From NCBI GenBank assembly GCA_020054205.1, contig JAGVLS010000020.1, positions 93,223-157,222 on the forward strand: a stretch of 64,000 nucleotides of DNA, in the 5' to 3' direction. Shown here in pieces: positions 8,580 through 21,918 of this stretch; the stretch's first letter is position 1; every line of letters begins with the position of its first letter. The notes under the pieces were generated by a model. That model searched no databases, was not told where the DNA came from, and saw only the letters and a list, made by a program, of their open reading frames with translations. The translations under genes were made by a program, and so were the position numbers. The DNA comes from Candidatus Obscuribacterales bacterium (lineage in GTDB: Bacteria > Cyanobacteriota > Vampirovibrionia > Obscuribacterales > Obscuribacteraceae).

Positions 8580-10658
8580 CTAACAACAACGCATTGGTTG
8601 GTCGCTAGATATATCTGGAGGCAAATCGGGCGATAATCGATGATTATTATTTTGTTTATTAGTGATTATTTTGAACCAAGTAATAATGGATGCAATTAAA
8701 ATGGCAGCAACCAAAGCCATAAATAATGAACCAACAAAGGCATCTAAATAATCATTGAATATAAGAGTTTTTGTTTTAGCTATTTCTGCGCTAGCAATTA
8801 GCCCTTGTGACAATTTATCTTCTAAAGATTTTGCATGAGCAATAAAACCTAGCTTTGCTGAGCTGCTAAACACTTTTAAATATCCAGCTGTAAGAGTAAT
8901 GCTTAAAAGCCAAGCTAGAGGCATAAATGTTACCCAAACATGTCTCCATTTGCCCATGCGCATAATAATTGTTGTAGCTACACAAAGGGCAACTACTGCT
9001 AATAACTGATTGGAAATGCCAAATAAAGGCCAAAGACTATTTATACCGCCTAGTGGATCAATAATACCTTGGTATAAAAAATATCCCCAGCCAGCAACTA
9101 CAATTGCCGAGCTTAAAATAATAGATGGATACCAATTTGTTCTGCCTAAAGCAGGAGAGAATTTTCCTAAAAAGTCTTGTAATAAAAAACGACCTACACG
9201 TGTGCCAGCATCTAAACAAGTAAGAATAAATAAAGCCTCAAACATAATGGCAAAGTGATACCAAAATGATAATTGAGCAGCACCTCCTATTGCTTGAGAA
9301 AAAATGTGAGCCATGCCGACAGCTAAAGTTGGTCCACCACCAGTGCGTCCCCATAAGGTTGTTTCACCAATATTATGTGCTAATGTTTCCATTTCTTGTA
9401 CAGATACAGGATAACCCCAGGCACTTATAGTTTGAGCAGCAAGTGCTGGTGTGTTGCCAACTACACCGGCTGGGCTATTAATAGCAAAATAATTTCCAGG
9501 CAGCATAACAGAAGCAGCAATTACTGCCATCACTGCTACCATAGCCTCACATAACATAGCACCATAACCAATTGGTCGAGCGTGTGTTTCTTTGTCTATC
9601 ATTTTAGGGGTAGTACCAGATGAAACTAATGAATGAAAGCCAGATATAGCTCCACAAGCAATAGTAATAAAACAAAATGGAAAAATATTTCCAGTGAATA
9701 ATGGTCCTTGTCCGTTAATAAAAACAGTTGTTGCTGGCATTTCTAAATGTGGATGTACTAGAAAAATACCTAAAGCTAATAATGTAATAGTGCCAATTTT
9801 TATATAAGCAGATAAATAATCACGGGGTAATAATAAAATCCAGACTGGTAAAACAGAGGCTATAAAACCATAAATCATTATGGCAATGGATAATTCTTCA
9901 CCAGTGCGGGTAAATACATGAACCATATTAGGATTCTCAGCTATCCATTTGCCAGCGACTACAGCAAATAATGTAAGAGCAACACCGATAATTGATCCTT
10001 CAGTAATTTTTTCTGGTCTTATTACACGCGTATAAAAGCCGACAAAAATGGCAATTGGTACTGTCATCAACAATGTAAAAGCACCCCACGGACTTGATTT
10101 TAAAGCATTTACTACAACTAAAGCTAATACAGCCATGAGAATAACCATGATTAGCAATATGGCAGTAAGAGCAATGGAACCAGCAACAGGTCCTATTTCG
10201 TCATAAGCCATTTGTCCTAATGATTTGCCACCACGACGCATGGAAGCAGCTAATATGACAAAGTCTTGTACAGCCCCTGCTAAAACAACGCCAATAACAA
10301 TCCAAAGAGTGCCTGGTAAATAACCAAATTGAGCAGCTAATATTGGACCGACCAAAGGACCGGCGCCAGCGATGGCAGCAAAATGATGTCCAAATACTAC
10401 CCATTTATTTGTTGGGACAAAGTCTTTGCCATCGTTGATAATATGTGCTGGTGTTGGTCTATTATCATTCAACTCAAATATCTTATTAGCAATAAATTTG
10501 CTATAGAAACGATAACCAATAGCAAATGTACATATTGCAGCAGTAAGTAACCAAATTGAATTTATTGCTTCGCCATTATTAATAGCTATTGTCGATAACG
10601 ATATGACAGCTAAAGCTGTAATAATTGCCCAAATTAGCCCTTGGCATAATGCTTTCAC
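8580..10658 (-). CDS. cstA: Carbon starvation protein A (CstA family peptide/pyruvate transporter)
   Basis: Polytopic 692-aa protein with CstA hallmarks: [48 protein letters not shown] start. Confidence 0.9.
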   Translation of the reverse strand: MKALCQGLIWAIITALAVISLSTIAINNGEAINSIWLLTAAICTFAIGYRFYSKFIANKIFELNDNRPTPAHIINDGKDFVPTNKWVVFGHHFAAIAGAGPLVGPILAAQFGYLPGTLWIVIGVVLAGAVQDFVILAASMRRGGKSLGQMAYDEIGPVAGSIALTAILLIMVILMAVLALVVVNALKSSPWGAFTLLMTVPIAIFVGFYTRVIRPEKITEGSIIGVALTLFAVVAGKWIAENPNMVHVFTRTGEELSIAIMIYGFIASVLPVWILLLPRDYLSAYIKIGTITLLALGIFLVHPHLEMPATTVFINGQGPLFTGNIFPFCFITIACGAISGFHSLVSSGTTPKMIDKETHARPIGYGAMLCEAMVAVMAVIAASVMLPGNYFAINSPAGVVGNTPALAAQTISAWGYPVSVQEMETLAHNIGETTLWGRTGGGPTLAVGMAHIFSQAIGGAAQLSFWYHFAIMFEALFILTCLDAGTRVGRFLLQDFLGKFSPALGRTNWYPSIILSSAIVVAGWGYFLYQGIIDPLGGINSLWPLFGISNQLLAVVALCVATTIIMRMGKWRHVWVTFMPLAWLLSITLTAGYLKVFSSSAKLGFIAHAKSLEDKLSQGLIASAEIAKTKTLIFNDYLDAFVGSLFMALVAAILIASIITWFKIITNKQNNNHRLSPDLPPDISSDQPMRCC

Positions 10659-10939
10659 GCAATGGAACCATCCTTTTTAATAGCAAAGTCATCTGTCATT
10701 GGCGAGAAAGAGGACATGCTACCATCGTCTATGCTGACAATAACTCTAATAGTTGTTTTTGATCTATCATCCCAAACAGCTTCTGATTCGATGTTATAAG
10801 AATTTCCAGCTGGACTAGTTATTTGTTCTGCTTGAACATGTTTTTCGCTTATCCAATTTGCAAATTGAGAATAAGGCATTTTTTGCAATGAGTCGACTGT
10901 GTTCTTTAGTAATGTTTTTGCTTCTTTCTTATCCATCAT
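10655..10939 (-). CDS. Hypothetical 94-aa soluble protein, translationally coupled to cstA
   Basis: Its TGA stop overlaps the cstA GTG start (GTGA at 10655-10658). No recognisable motif. Confidence 0.45.
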   Translation of the reverse strand: MMDKKEAKTLLKNTVDSLQKMPYSQFANWISEKHVQAEQITSPAGNSYNIESEAVWDDRSKTTIRVIVSIDDGSMSSFSPMTDDFAIKKDGSIA

Positions 10940-10966
10940 ATATTTTTGTATTCCTTGAATGATTAC

Positions 10967-12265
10967 TTATATTTGAGTAAGTATACCGGCAATTGTGGCA
11001 GACAGATAACTAGCAAGAGTGCCACAAATTAAAGCTTTAATACCAAGTCTGGCTAAATCTTGGCGACGTGAGGGAGCAATTTCACCAATGCCGCCAATTT
11101 GCATAGCGACAGAGCTAAAATTGGCAAAGCCGCATAAAGCAAATGTGACAATTGTTTCTGCTTGTTGACTTAAGTGAATATTTGTCCCGCTTTTCAATAT
11201 GTTTGATAGATCCATATATGCAACAAATTCATTGATCACTAATTTTTCACCCATGAGCTTACCGACAGTTTGTGCATCCGCCCAAGGGACACCTAATATC
11301 CAAGCAATTGGTGAAAACAAAACACCAAATATATCTTGTAGTTTTAAATGCTCCAAATTCAATCCAATAACATCTGCTCTCAGACCAAAATTAAATAATT
11401 GTTTGCCAATTAGTCCAAGCAAGGCATCAGTCATAGCAATAAGAGCAATAAATGCAATCAGCATAGCAATAACATTTAGTCCAATACGCAAGCCATCGGA
11501 TGCGCCATGAGCTGCTGCATCAATAATGTTGGCGTTGGTTTTTTCTACTTTAATAGATACATTTCCTTTTGTTTTTGATTCTTCTGTTTCTGGCCAAACA
11601 ATTTTTGAAATTACAAGTGCCGCTGGTGCTGCCATAATACTTGCTGTTAAAAGATACGATGCCTTTATACCCAATCCTATATATACAGCCAGAACTCCAC
11701 CTGCTACACAAGCCATTGAGCCAGACATGGAAGCTAAAAGTTCTGACATTGTCATAGATGGTACATAAGGACGAATTAAAAGCTGGGCTTCAACTTGTCC
11801 AACAAAAACGCTGGCAGCATTTGATAGTGCCTCTGATCCACTGGCTCCCATAATTGCCGATACTATTTTTGCTACTATCTGTACAACTTTTTGCATGATG
11901 CCTAAATAGTAAGAAATGGTGACAAGGCTTGAAACAAAAATAATTGTTGGTACTACACGAAATGCAAATATATAATCAGCCCCTGCTCCAAAAAGTTTGA
12001 GCATATTTTCTGGTTGGTTCACAAGCGGACCAAATACAAAACTAGCTCCACTATCTGAAAAGTGAAGTAAAGCTGTAATGATGTCGCCTATTGTTTTAAA
12101 GAGATTTTGTCCTAATTCAACTTTAAGAACAAAGACGGCCATGACAAGTTGCAAAATCAAACCAGATATAACTAAACGGTAATTTATTGCTTTGCGATTA
12201 TTGGACATCAAAAATGCAGTGGCTAGAATCACAAAAATGCCAATGAAGCCAACAAATCGGTCCAT
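10967..12265 (-). CDS. nupC: Concentrative nucleoside transporter (NupC/CNT family)
   Basis: 432-aa polytopic protein. The N-terminus MDRFVGFIGIFVILATAFLMSNNRKAINYRLVISGL and the overall pattern are typical of NupC family permeases. Confidence 0.75.
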   Translation of the reverse strand: MDRFVGFIGIFVILATAFLMSNNRKAINYRLVISGLILQLVMAVFVLKVELGQNLFKTIGDIITALLHFSDSGASFVFGPLVNQPENMLKLFGAGADYIFAFRVVPTIIFVSSLVTISYYLGIMQKVVQIVAKIVSAIMGASGSEALSNAASVFVGQVEAQLLIRPYVPSMTMSELLASMSGSMACVAGGVLAVYIGLGIKASYLLTASIMAAPAALVISKIVWPETEESKTKGNVSIKVEKTNANIIDAAAHGASDGLRIGLNVIAMLIAFIALIAMTDALLGLIGKQLFNFGLRADVIGLNLEHLKLQDIFGVLFSPIAWILGVPWADAQTVGKLMGEKLVINEFVAYMDLSNILKSGTNIHLSQQAETIVTFALCGFANFSSVAMQIGGIGEIAPSRRQDLARLGIKALICGTLASYLSATIAGILTQI

Positions 12266-12333
12266 AAATACCTTATTTATAAGTCTTACAATTATGAACC
12301 AAATTTGGAATATGGAAACTCTAATTTCCTGAA

Positions 12334-14466
12334 TTATTGATTAGGAACAAAATTAGGACTAGGATTTGGTGCTGGATGATTTTGATTAACATCTGGGGCT
12401 ACCGGAGGCATTTCATTTCCATTGGTAGTACTAGTATCGGCAGCAGCATTTATAGTCGCATCTTCGTTTTGCTCTGGTCCGACTGGAACTAGTTTTGGCA
12501 AATTAGTACTAGCATCACTTTCGCCTGCATCTTCTGTTGCGCCTGATTCTGTTGTTGGAGTTTCAACAAGTTTACTTGGCGGTAAGAATGAACCAGGAGG
12601 AGTTGGGTGTTTAGTGTAATAAGCTTGCATGAAATCATGCCAGATTTTAGCCATGATTACGCCACCGGTTACGTTATGCCCAGGAATAGCTAAATTATCA
12701 TCATTACCACCCCAAACAGCAGCTACTAAATCTGGTGTAAAACCAATAAACCAAATATCCTTACCAGCGTCAGCTGTGCCTGTTTTTCCAGCTACTGGTC
12801 TATCTTTCAGTCTTGCTTGTGTACCTGTGCCATGTTTTACTACGTCTTGCAATACATCTACTAGTCTTGCAGTTGGATCAGCTGGAAAAGCAGTTGTTAC
12901 TGCTGGTTCAAATATTTCAATAATTTGTCCACGATTATTTTCTATACGCCTTAGCACACGTGGCTTTATTGCTACACCACTGCGAGCAAATGTTGAGTAA
13001 GCACTAGCCATATCCAATGGAGTAACGGCCGAGCTACCCAATGACAAAGATAAATTAGGATCTAATTTAGTAGTGATACCAGCTAATCTTGCTGTTTCAA
13101 TAACATTATCAATTCCTACTGCTTTACCTACTCTTACAGCTGGCACATTACGTGATAATGCTAGCGCTTTTCTGACGGGGATTTTACCCATGAATTTATG
13201 ATCAAAGTTTTTCGGAGACCAATCTGGCAATCCCCAGCCTTGTTTAATAGTTAAGGGAGAATCATCAATTATGCTATTAGGTTGATATGTGTTTTTTATA
13301 AAAGCAGTAAGATAAACAAATGGTTTAAATGAAGAACCAGCTGTATGTGGATTAGTGGCACGATTCCATTGGTTTTTCCAAAAATTACCAACGCCGCCAA
13401 CTAAAGCAAGCACCGAAGCATCTTTTACAGATACACAAACTAATGCTCCTTGCGAAACTCCTTTTGGTGCTTTTTTTATTGCTGCTGTTAATGTGCTTTC
13501 TGCTAATTCTTGTACTTGTGGATCAAGATTTGTATACACTCTCAGTCCTTGTCTGCGCATTTCTGTTGGGCTAAAACGACCTCTTAAAAGCTGGAGAACA
13601 TAACTTATGTAATAAGGATATTTTTTTAAAGGGTCAATTCCTTTTTTAAATTTCAAATTTTGAGCTTTAGCTTGTTTGGCTTGCTTAGCAGTGATGTAAC
13701 CATATTCAACCATTTTGTCTAAAATTTCATGTTGGCGAGTGATAGCATATTTACGATTGGCTTCAGTACCCATTTCGGAAGGTGCTTTTACTAAGCCAGC
13801 TAAAAAGGCCGATTCTGCCAAGCTTAAAGAAGCAGCATTTTTATCGAAATAACGGGATGCTGCTCGTTCAATACCATAGGCGCCGTTACCAAAATAGACT
13901 TGATTTAAATATAACTCGAGGATTTTATCTTTACTATATCTTCTTTCAATTTCCGAAGAGATAAAAGCTTCTTTGATTTTTCTGTCCATTGTACGACCAG
14001 ATTCTTCAAAGAATAAGTTTTTTACTAACTGTTGGGTGATTGTTGATCCACCTTCTACCACGTGACCAGCCTGTAAATTAGTAATCATAGCTCTAAAAAT
14101 GCTTCCTAGATTTATGCCATGATGTTCATAGAAATGATGATCTTCGGCTGCCAACATTGCTTGTTGCATTTGGTTTGATACTTGATTTAAAGGAATAACA
14201 CGACGATCTTCATCACCTTCCACGCAGGCGACGAAATGATCATTGCGATCATAAATTTGAATGGCTTCAATCGGGTCATATTTCTCTAATATAGATATGT
14301 CTGGCAAATCTTTTAATTGTTGATAAAAAGAAGCAATAAAATAGCCAACTGGAATAGCAGCTATTAAAAGAATGATTAAAGCCCCCTTAACAAAAATCTG
14401 CCAATTGGGTGAATTATTAGTGTATGTCTTCAGTCGGCGAGAATTTGCCGTGCTTTTTCTTCTCAC
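12334..14466 (-). CDS. Class A penicillin-binding protein (PBP1A-type glycosyltransferase/transpeptidase)
   Basis: GT51 motifs EDHHFYEHHGIN and GGSTITQQLVKN. Transpeptidase motifs SSFKP (SxxK), SRN and KTGT. Pro/Asn-rich C-terminal tail. Confidence 0.9.
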   Translation of the reverse strand: MRRKSTANSRRLKTYTNNSPNWQIFVKGALIILLIAAIPVGYFIASFYQQLKDLPDISILEKYDPIEAIQIYDRNDHFVACVEGDEDRRVIPLNQVSNQMQQAMLAAEDHHFYEHHGINLGSIFRAMITNLQAGHVVEGGSTITQQLVKNLFFEESGRTMDRKIKEAFISSEIERRYSKDKILELYLNQVYFGNGAYGIERAASRYFDKNAASLSLAESAFLAGLVKAPSEMGTEANRKYAITRQHEILDKMVEYGYITAKQAKQAKAQNLKFKKGIDPLKKYPYYISYVLQLLRGRFSPTEMRRQGLRVYTNLDPQVQELAESTLTAAIKKAPKGVSQGALVCVSVKDASVLALVGGVGNFWKNQWNRATNPHTAGSSFKPFVYLTAFIKNTYQPNSIIDDSPLTIKQGWGLPDWSPKNFDHKFMGKIPVRKALALSRNVPAVRVGKAVGIDNVIETARLAGITTKLDPNLSLSLGSSAVTPLDMASAYSTFARSGVAIKPRVLRRIENNRGQIIEIFEPAVTTAFPADPTARLVDVLQDVVKHGTGTQARLKDRPVAGKTGTADAGKDIWFIGFTPDLVAAVWGGNDDNLAIPGHNVTGGVIMAKIWHDFMQAYYTKHPTPPGSFLPPSKLVETPTTESGATEDAGESDASTNLPKLVPVGPEQNEDATINAAADTSTTNGNEMPPVAPDVNQNHPAPNPSPNFVPNQ

Positions 14467-14522
14467 AGCGTCAAAAACTTCCTTTTAGCCTAACTACTCT
14501 AATCAAATTTTATCCCATTATA

Positions 14523-15536
14523 TTATGCGCGTGGGTGACTTGATAAGTAGATACGTCTTAGCCTTTCTAAGCTAACATGGGTATATATTTGTGTTGTGCT
14601 AATACTGGAATGTCCAAGCAAATCTTGTACAACTCTTAAATCTGCTCCACCTTCTAAAAGGTGAGTAGCAAAAGTGTGTCTTAAAGTATGGGGAGTAATT
14701 ACTTTATTAATTTGAGCTTTGCGAGCATATTTTAGAACAATGCGATGTAAAGATCTGGTCGACAAAGGTGTTGATTGGCGGCTAACGAATAAAGGCTCAT
14801 CGCCAATAATATGATTGTCGTGAGCATTATCATTTTTCTTAGCACGAGTATTGATATATTCTTTTAGCCAGTGAATAGAGCTTTGATTTAAAAGTACTAC
14901 TCTTTCCCGAGAACCTTTGCCTAATACTTTTAATTCTTGCGATTCTAAGTTCAAGTCTTTTAGCTTGGCTGAAGATAATTCGCTTACACGCATGCCTGTT
15001 GCATACAATGTCTCGAGTATGGCTCGATCACGAATAGTATTTTCATCAGTATGTGCGCTGGTATCATTTTCTTTAATTTGTGTAGCTTCAAAAAGCCGAA
15101 CAACTTCGTCTTTTTCCAAGCATGAAGGAAGTCTTTTAGTTAGTTTGGGTCCACGCACTAATTTAGATGGATCATCATCTATTAGTTGTTCTCTTCTTAA
15201 ATAACGACAAAAGCTACGAATAGCAGATACTTTTCTTACTACCGTGTGCCTGCTGTAATGTTCTTGAATTGAATGAACATAATTGCGTAAATTATCATAG
15301 GCCAAAGAGCCATTCGATGCGAAATTACCTTCGCTATTTTCTTTGTCCCCATTTGTTTTATTGGGAATGTCATTGGCAATTAGTTGTTTTAGATCATTTA
15401 TATAAGCTCGAATGGTATGGGCAGAATAATTACGTTCAAGCTCTAAATGTTTTGCAAATTGCTCAAGCCACTCGTGAGGAATATCGTGAAGTTGCTGGGT
15501 TTCCAAGCAAAGGCTGCTTTCTAGGCCGTTAGGCAT
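14523..15536 (-). CDS. xerC: Tyrosine site-specific recombinase, XerC/XerD family
   Basis: C-terminal catalytic region HTLRHTFATHLLEGGADLRVVQDLLGHSSISTTQIYTHV. N-terminal SAM-like domain ERNYSAHTIRAYINDL. Confidence 0.8.
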   Translation of the reverse strand: MPNGLESSLCLETQQLHDIPHEWLEQFAKHLELERNYSAHTIRAYINDLKQLIANDIPNKTNGDKENSEGNFASNGSLAYDNLRNYVHSIQEHYSRHTVVRKVSAIRSFCRYLRREQLIDDDPSKLVRGPKLTKRLPSCLEKDEVVRLFEATQIKENDTSAHTDENTIRDRAILETLYATGMRVSELSSAKLKDLNLESQELKVLGKGSRERVVLLNQSSIHWLKEYINTRAKKNDNAHDNHIIGDEPLFVSRQSTPLSTRSLHRIVLKYARKAQINKVITPHTLRHTFATHLLEGGADLRVVQDLLGHSSISTTQIYTHVSLERLRRIYLSSHPRA

Positions 15537-15683
15537 TGCTCACACGTACATTATAAGATGCTTATGAACTTTGTAAAGTACTCGTTAAGGAAAGGAAAGA
15601 CATATTTTAAATTGTCAATAGATGTATTGCCTATTGAAAAGCCACAGTTATAATTGTCATGTGGAGCGGGGGCAGTGTTATAT

Positions 15684-16097
15684 ATGCAATCTCAATTTGA
15701 TCAAGATGAATTAGCCAGGATAACTTGGCAAAGACTAAAACCTGTTTGTAAGGCGGATGTACGTATTACGCAAGACCAAATCAAAAACTTACGGTCTTGT
15801 GGTGAAGCCAATCAGCCAAATTTATTTAGGTTTATCCATAGTCTTTTTGTCAGAATAAAGAGTCTTTTGCCAGGCTTTATTCACGATTTAGGTATAAAAA
15901 ACAACTATAAAGAAGCGACCAATTGTGAGCTTTACGGACATGTATTGTCTGATGCTAGTTGGAGTGGAAAGTTGCCAGTATGTGGTGAATGTGGAGCAGG
16001 CATCAAATCATCTCTTTACTTGAGAAGCAGTTTGAATCAACACCTATTGAGCCAACGTAGTGAACGTAGTCAAAGTGTAGATGTATGGACTCGTTAA
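15684..16097 (+). CDS. Hypothetical protein with a CxxC-containing putative zinc-binding segment
   Basis: The ORF is open from 15654 (TTG); the first ATG is at 15684. It contains CELYGH...CGECG. The start is uncertain. Confidence 0.4.
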   Translation: MQSQFDQDELARITWQRLKPVCKADVRITQDQIKNLRSCGEANQPNLFRFIHSLFVRIKSLLPGFIHDLGIKNNYKEATNCELYGHVLSDASWSGKLPVCGECGAGIKSSLYLRSSLNQHLLSQRSERSQSVDVWTR

Positions 16098-16104
16098 GAT
16101 AGTC

Positions 16105-16141
16105 GAAGCAAAGCTTCAAATTTTAGTTTTTGTAAAACCAT
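16105..16141 (+). terminator. Weak candidate terminator
   Basis: GAAGC-AAA-GCTTC followed by AAATTTTAGTTTTTG. The stem is short. Confidence 0.25.
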
Positions 16142-16326
16142 TGCTGTGACTGGATTTTATGGTATAGCAGAAAAAATTAATGTAAAGAGCTTCAAGAAAA
16201 CCTTTTATATTCATTAACGCCAATACTGACAATACTACATAAATGATACGATAACTCTTTATCTATTATTGTTGTGTGCCCATATATACAGCTGTGTCTC
16301 AACCACAAACAACCTTGAGGTAGTCG

Positions 16327-19300
16327 ATGGCCTTACAAGTTCCTGACCGCGTCCGCACTTTCGGGGTCGGCAGTTCCCGATTTGCTAATCTGCCGGATCT
16401 CGCTGAGATTCAAAAAAGTTCATTCAAATGGTTTGTTGAAGAGGGCTTAGCTGAAGAGCTAAGAGCCTTTAGTCCTATTAAGGATTATACTGGCAGGCTA
16501 GAATTGCATTTCTTGCCTAGCTATACATTTGAAGAGCATACCGAGCCCAATAAGCCTAAAACACCGGAAGAGGCTCGTGCGCTTGATTCAAGCTATACAA
16601 AAAAATTACGCATTCAAATGCGCTTAGTCAATCGCGATATTGGCGAAATCAAAGAACAAGAAATATATGTTGGCGACATTCCAATAATGACCGATCGCGG
16701 TACATTTATTATTAATGGAGCAGAACGGGTTATTGTTTCTCAAATTGTTCGTAGCCCGGGCATTTATTACAAACGAGAAGTTGATCAAAATGGTAAGCGT
16801 ACATTTAGCGCTACCCTTATTCCTAACCGTGGTGCTTGGCTTAAGTTTGAAACTGATGTGAATGATGTAATTTACGTCAAAATCGACAAGAATAGAAAAT
16901 TATTAGCCACTACATTAATTAGAGCGCTTGGTTATTCTGATCAAGAAATGGAAGGACTATTCCGCCATCGTGATTTCTTGAAGAAAACTCTTGATAAAGA
17001 CAATACAAAAACAAGGGAAGATGCACTGATTGAAGTTTATAGAAAACTTCGTCCTGGCGATCCACCTTCTGTCGCTGGCGGACAATCAATATTAGAAAGC
17101 CGCTTTTTTGATGACAAACGTTATGACTTGGGTAAAGTTGGACGATATAAGCTAAATAAAAAGCTCAATCTTTCTGTGCCCGAAACTCAGCGCACTTTAA
17201 GCAGAGAAGATATTGTATCGGCTGTTGATTATTTGATTGCTCTTCATTACGATGAAGGTCATGCCGATGATATCGATCATTTAGGTAATCGTCGTATTCG
17301 CTCAGTTGGTGAGTTGTTGCAAAACCAATTTCGTATTGGTTTGTCGCGACTAGAGAGAATTGTTAAAGAAAGAATGACATTGCAAGATGCTGATTCTTTG
17401 ACGCCAGCTAATTTGCTCAACACAAAACCGTTGGTAGCAGCAATTAGAGAATTCTTTGGCTCTTCTCAGTTATCACAATTTATGGATCAAACAAATCCCT
17501 TAGCTGAATTAACACATAAACGTCGTATATCGGCTTTAGGTCCAGGTGGTTTGTCTCGTGAACGTGCTGGTTTTGCTGTGCGTGATATTCACCCTAGTCA
17601 TTATGGAAGAATCTGTCCAGTAGAAACTCCTGAAGGTCCAAACGCTGGACTTATTGGATCATTAGCTACGCATGCACGTGTTAATGAATATGGCTTTATT
17701 GAAACTCCTTATCGCCGTATTGTAAACGGAATAGTAACCAATGACATTCATTATCTAACTGCTGATGAAGAAGATCGTTATCGGGTAGCCCCTGGTGATG
17801 TGCCAGTTGATGATCAAGGGCAGTTTTTGCACGAATTAATTCCAGTTCGCTATAAAGCTGAATTTATGGAAACAGCTCCTGATCAAGTGGATTATGTAGG
17901 TGTGAGCCCAATTCAGATTATTTCGGTTGGAACAGCATTGATACCATTTATTGAGCATGATGATGCTAACCGTGCATTGATGGGTTCTAACATGCAACGT
18001 CAAGCAGTACCGCTTGTAAAAACTGAAAGAGCTTCAGTGACAACTGGTATTGAAAAACAATCTGCTCGCGACTCGGGTATGGTTGTAGTTAGTGACGTTG
18101 AAGGACAAGTAGAATATATTAGCGCTAGCGAAATTCGTATTCGCACTAAAGATCGTTTAGTCAAACATAAATTGTCTAAATTCCAGCGCTCTAACCAAGA
18201 CACTTGTTTAAACCAACGTCCAATTGTTGCTGTTGGTGATAATGTTCAACCAGGACAAATTATTGCTGATGGTGCTGCTACCGATCAAGGTGAATTAGCA
18301 GTTGGCCGCAATATATTGGTGGCATTTATGCCATGGGAAGGCTATAACTTTGAGGATGCGATATTAATCAGTCAAAGATTGGTTTTTGACGATGTAATGA
18401 CATCAATCCATATTGAAAAACTGGAAATCGATGCGCGTTCTACCAAGTTGGGTCCGGAAGAAATTACACGTGAAGTACCAAATGTTTCTGAAGAGTCTTT
18501 GCGACATTTAGATGAATACGGTATTGTGCGAGTAGGCTCCCGTGTTTATCCAGATGATATTTTGGTTGGCAAGATTACGCCTAAAGGTGAATCTGAACAT
18601 CCACCAGAAGAAAAACTTTTAAGAGCAATTTTCGGTGAAAAAGCACGTGATGTTCGTGATAATTCTTTGCGTGTACCACACGGCGAAGGCGGTAGAGTTG
18701 TAGACGTCAAAGTATTTGATCGTGAAAAGGGTGATGAATTACCTCCTGTTGCTAACAAAGTAGTACGGGTTTACATTGCTCAAAAACGTAAAATATCCGT
18801 CGGCGATAAAGTAGCTGGACGCCATGGTAACAAAGGTATTGTTGCTAAGATATTGCCGACAGAAGATATGCCATTCTTACCAGATGGTACTGCTGTTGAT
18901 ATTGTTTTGAATCCATTAGGTGTACCAAGTCGTATGAATGTGGGACAAACTTATGAAACATTATTAGGTTTGGCTGCCATGCTTACAGGCAATCGCTATG
19001 AAGTTCCACCATTTGACGAAATGTTTGAAAAAGAAGCATCTTCTCAATTGGTTCACCGTGAAATTCAAAATGGCAAAAATGCCTCAGGTTTTGAATGGGT
19101 AGGTAATGATGGCAAAGTGATGCTAGCTGATGGTCGCTCTGGTGATTTATTTGATAGCCCAGTCACCGTTGGTCAAATTTATATGATGAAACTGGTTCAC
19201 TTGGTTGATGATAAGATTCATGCTCGCTCAACTGGACCTTACAGTTTAGTTACCCAACAACCATTGGGCGGTAAAGCTCAATTTGGCGGACAACGTCTGG

Positions 19301-20004
19301 GAGAAATGGAGTGTTGGGCGTTAGAAGCGTTTGGTGCATCATACAGTTTGCAAGAAATGCTCACTATTAAATCTGATGATGTGAACGGACGTTCAAAAGC
19401 ATACGAGGCGATAGTTAAGGGTGAAAACTTAAGACGTCCTGGAATTCCTGAATCATTCAAAGTATTGGTTCGTGAATTGCAATCAATTGGATTGGATGTA
19501 TCTGTTGCCAAACGTACAAAGGATGGCGGCGAACTAGAAATAGACTTGATGGCTGAAGTTGAAGAACCAAAAGCTCGAAATCTAAGACGTATGAGTCCAT
19601 TTGGTGAAATAGGATTAGAAGCAGAACTATCAGAACTAGCTGGCGGACAAACTCTGGCTCCCTCTGCTGTAGTAGCAGGTAAATTGGGGCTTGATATAGG
19701 TGATGAGGGAGAGGCTGGTGAAGAATTGATAGGCATTGGTGAAACAATCAACGAAGTAATTGGTGGAGAACGTCCAGTCGGTGCTGGTGAGTCGGGTTTT
19801 GCCGAAGTACAAGTAGGTGGTGGTGATACGGTCATAGACGATGAAACAGAAACTGATCTGCCAGATCCATTAGCAGGACCTGGACCAATTGTTGCCCTTG
19901 ATGATTCATTTGATAATCCAATAGAAGAACCCATAGATGAACCTATGGAAGGGGTTTCTGTTGAAAATGAATTGGAACCAGAAAAGGAACCGTCGGACTA
20001 TTAA
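16327..20004 (+). CDS. rpoB: DNA-directed RNA polymerase subunit beta, with a long acidic C-terminal extension
   Basis: Conserved blocks throughout, e.g. [35 protein letters not shown] and [16 protein letters not shown]. Confidence 0.97.
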   Translation: MALQVPDRVRTFGVGSSRFANLPDLAEIQKSSFKWFVEEGLAEELRAFSPIKDYTGRLELHFLPSYTFEEHTEPNKPKTPEEARALDSSYTKKLRIQMRLVNRDIGEIKEQEIYVGDIPIMTDRGTFIINGAERVIVSQIVRSPGIYYKREVDQNGKRTFSATLIPNRGAWLKFETDVNDVIYVKIDKNRKLLATTLIRALGYSDQEMEGLFRHRDFLKKTLDKDNTKTREDALIEVYRKLRPGDPPSVAGGQSILESRFFDDKRYDLGKVGRYKLNKKLNLSVPETQRTLSREDIVSAVDYLIALHYDEGHADDIDHLGNRRIRSVGELLQNQFRIGLSRLERIVKERMTLQDADSLTPANLLNTKPLVAAIREFFGSSQLSQFMDQTNPLAELTHKRRISALGPGGLSRERAGFAVRDIHPSHYGRICPVETPEGPNAGLIGSLATHARVNEYGFIETPYRRIVNGIVTNDIHYLTADEEDRYRVAPGDVPVDDQGQFLHELIPVRYKAEFMETAPDQVDYVGVSPIQIISVGTALIPFIEHDDANRALMGSNMQRQAVPLVKTERASVTTGIEKQSARDSGMVVVSDVEGQVEYISASEIRIRTKDRLVKHKLSKFQRSNQDTCLNQRPIVAVGDNVQPGQIIADGAATDQGELAVGRNILVAFMPWEGYNFEDAILISQRLVFDDVMTSIHIEKLEIDARSTKLGPEEITREVPNVSEESLRHLDEYGIVRVGSRVYPDDILVGKITPKGESEHPPEEKLLRAIFGEKARDVRDNSLRVPHGEGGRVVDVKVFDREKGDELPPVANKVVRVYIAQKRKISVGDKVAGRHGNKGIVAKILPTEDMPFLPDGTAVDIVLNPLGVPSRMNVGQTYETLLGLAAMLTGNRYEVPPFDEMFEKEASSQLVHREIQNGKNASGFEWVGNDGKVMLADGRSGDLFDSPVTVGQIYMMKLVHLVDDKIHARSTGPYSLVTQQPLGGKAQFGGQRLGEMECWALEAFGASYSLQEMLTIKSDDVNGRSKAYEAIVKGENLRRPGIPESFKVLVRELQSIGLDVSVAKRTKDGGELEIDLMAEVEEPKARNLRRMSPFGEIGLEAELSELAGGQTLAPSAVVAGKLGLDIGDEGEAGEELIGIGETINEVIGGERPVGAGESGFAEVQVGGGDTVIDDETETDLPDPLAGPGPIVALDDSFDNPIEEPIDEPMEGVSVENELEPEKEPSDY

Positions 20005-20023
20005 AAAAGTAATTTAGGAATAG

Positions 20024-21874
<1,851 letters not shown>

Positions 21875-21918
21875 TTTTAAATAGATACTGGTAAATCAGA
21901 ACTACATTAGGGGAAATT

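Noticed and set aside
8580-15536. The remaining ORF-track entries nested in or antisense to cstA, nupC, the PBP and xerC (for example 9010-9258, 11199-11510, 12629-13000, 14917-15204)
   Set aside because: Each lies wholly inside a gene with strong family motifs on the opposite strand or in another frame. They are treated as shadow ORFs.
6017-15536. Genomic-island hypothesis: tRNA-Pro at one end and a tyrosine recombinase at the other
   Set aside because: The recombinase has the full XerC/XerD-type C-terminal signature and lies 9 kb from the tRNA, not adjacent to it. The intervening genes include a class A PBP, cstA and nupC. I found no direct repeat of the tRNA 3' end.
19278-19934. 218-aa (and 96-aa) antisense ORFs opposite the 3' end of rpoB
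   Set aside because: They lie entirely inside the GA-rich acidic-tail coding region. The complement of GAA/GAT/GGT codons is stop-poor, so these are shadow ORFs. Their products are low-complexity Ser/Pro strings and there is no RBS.
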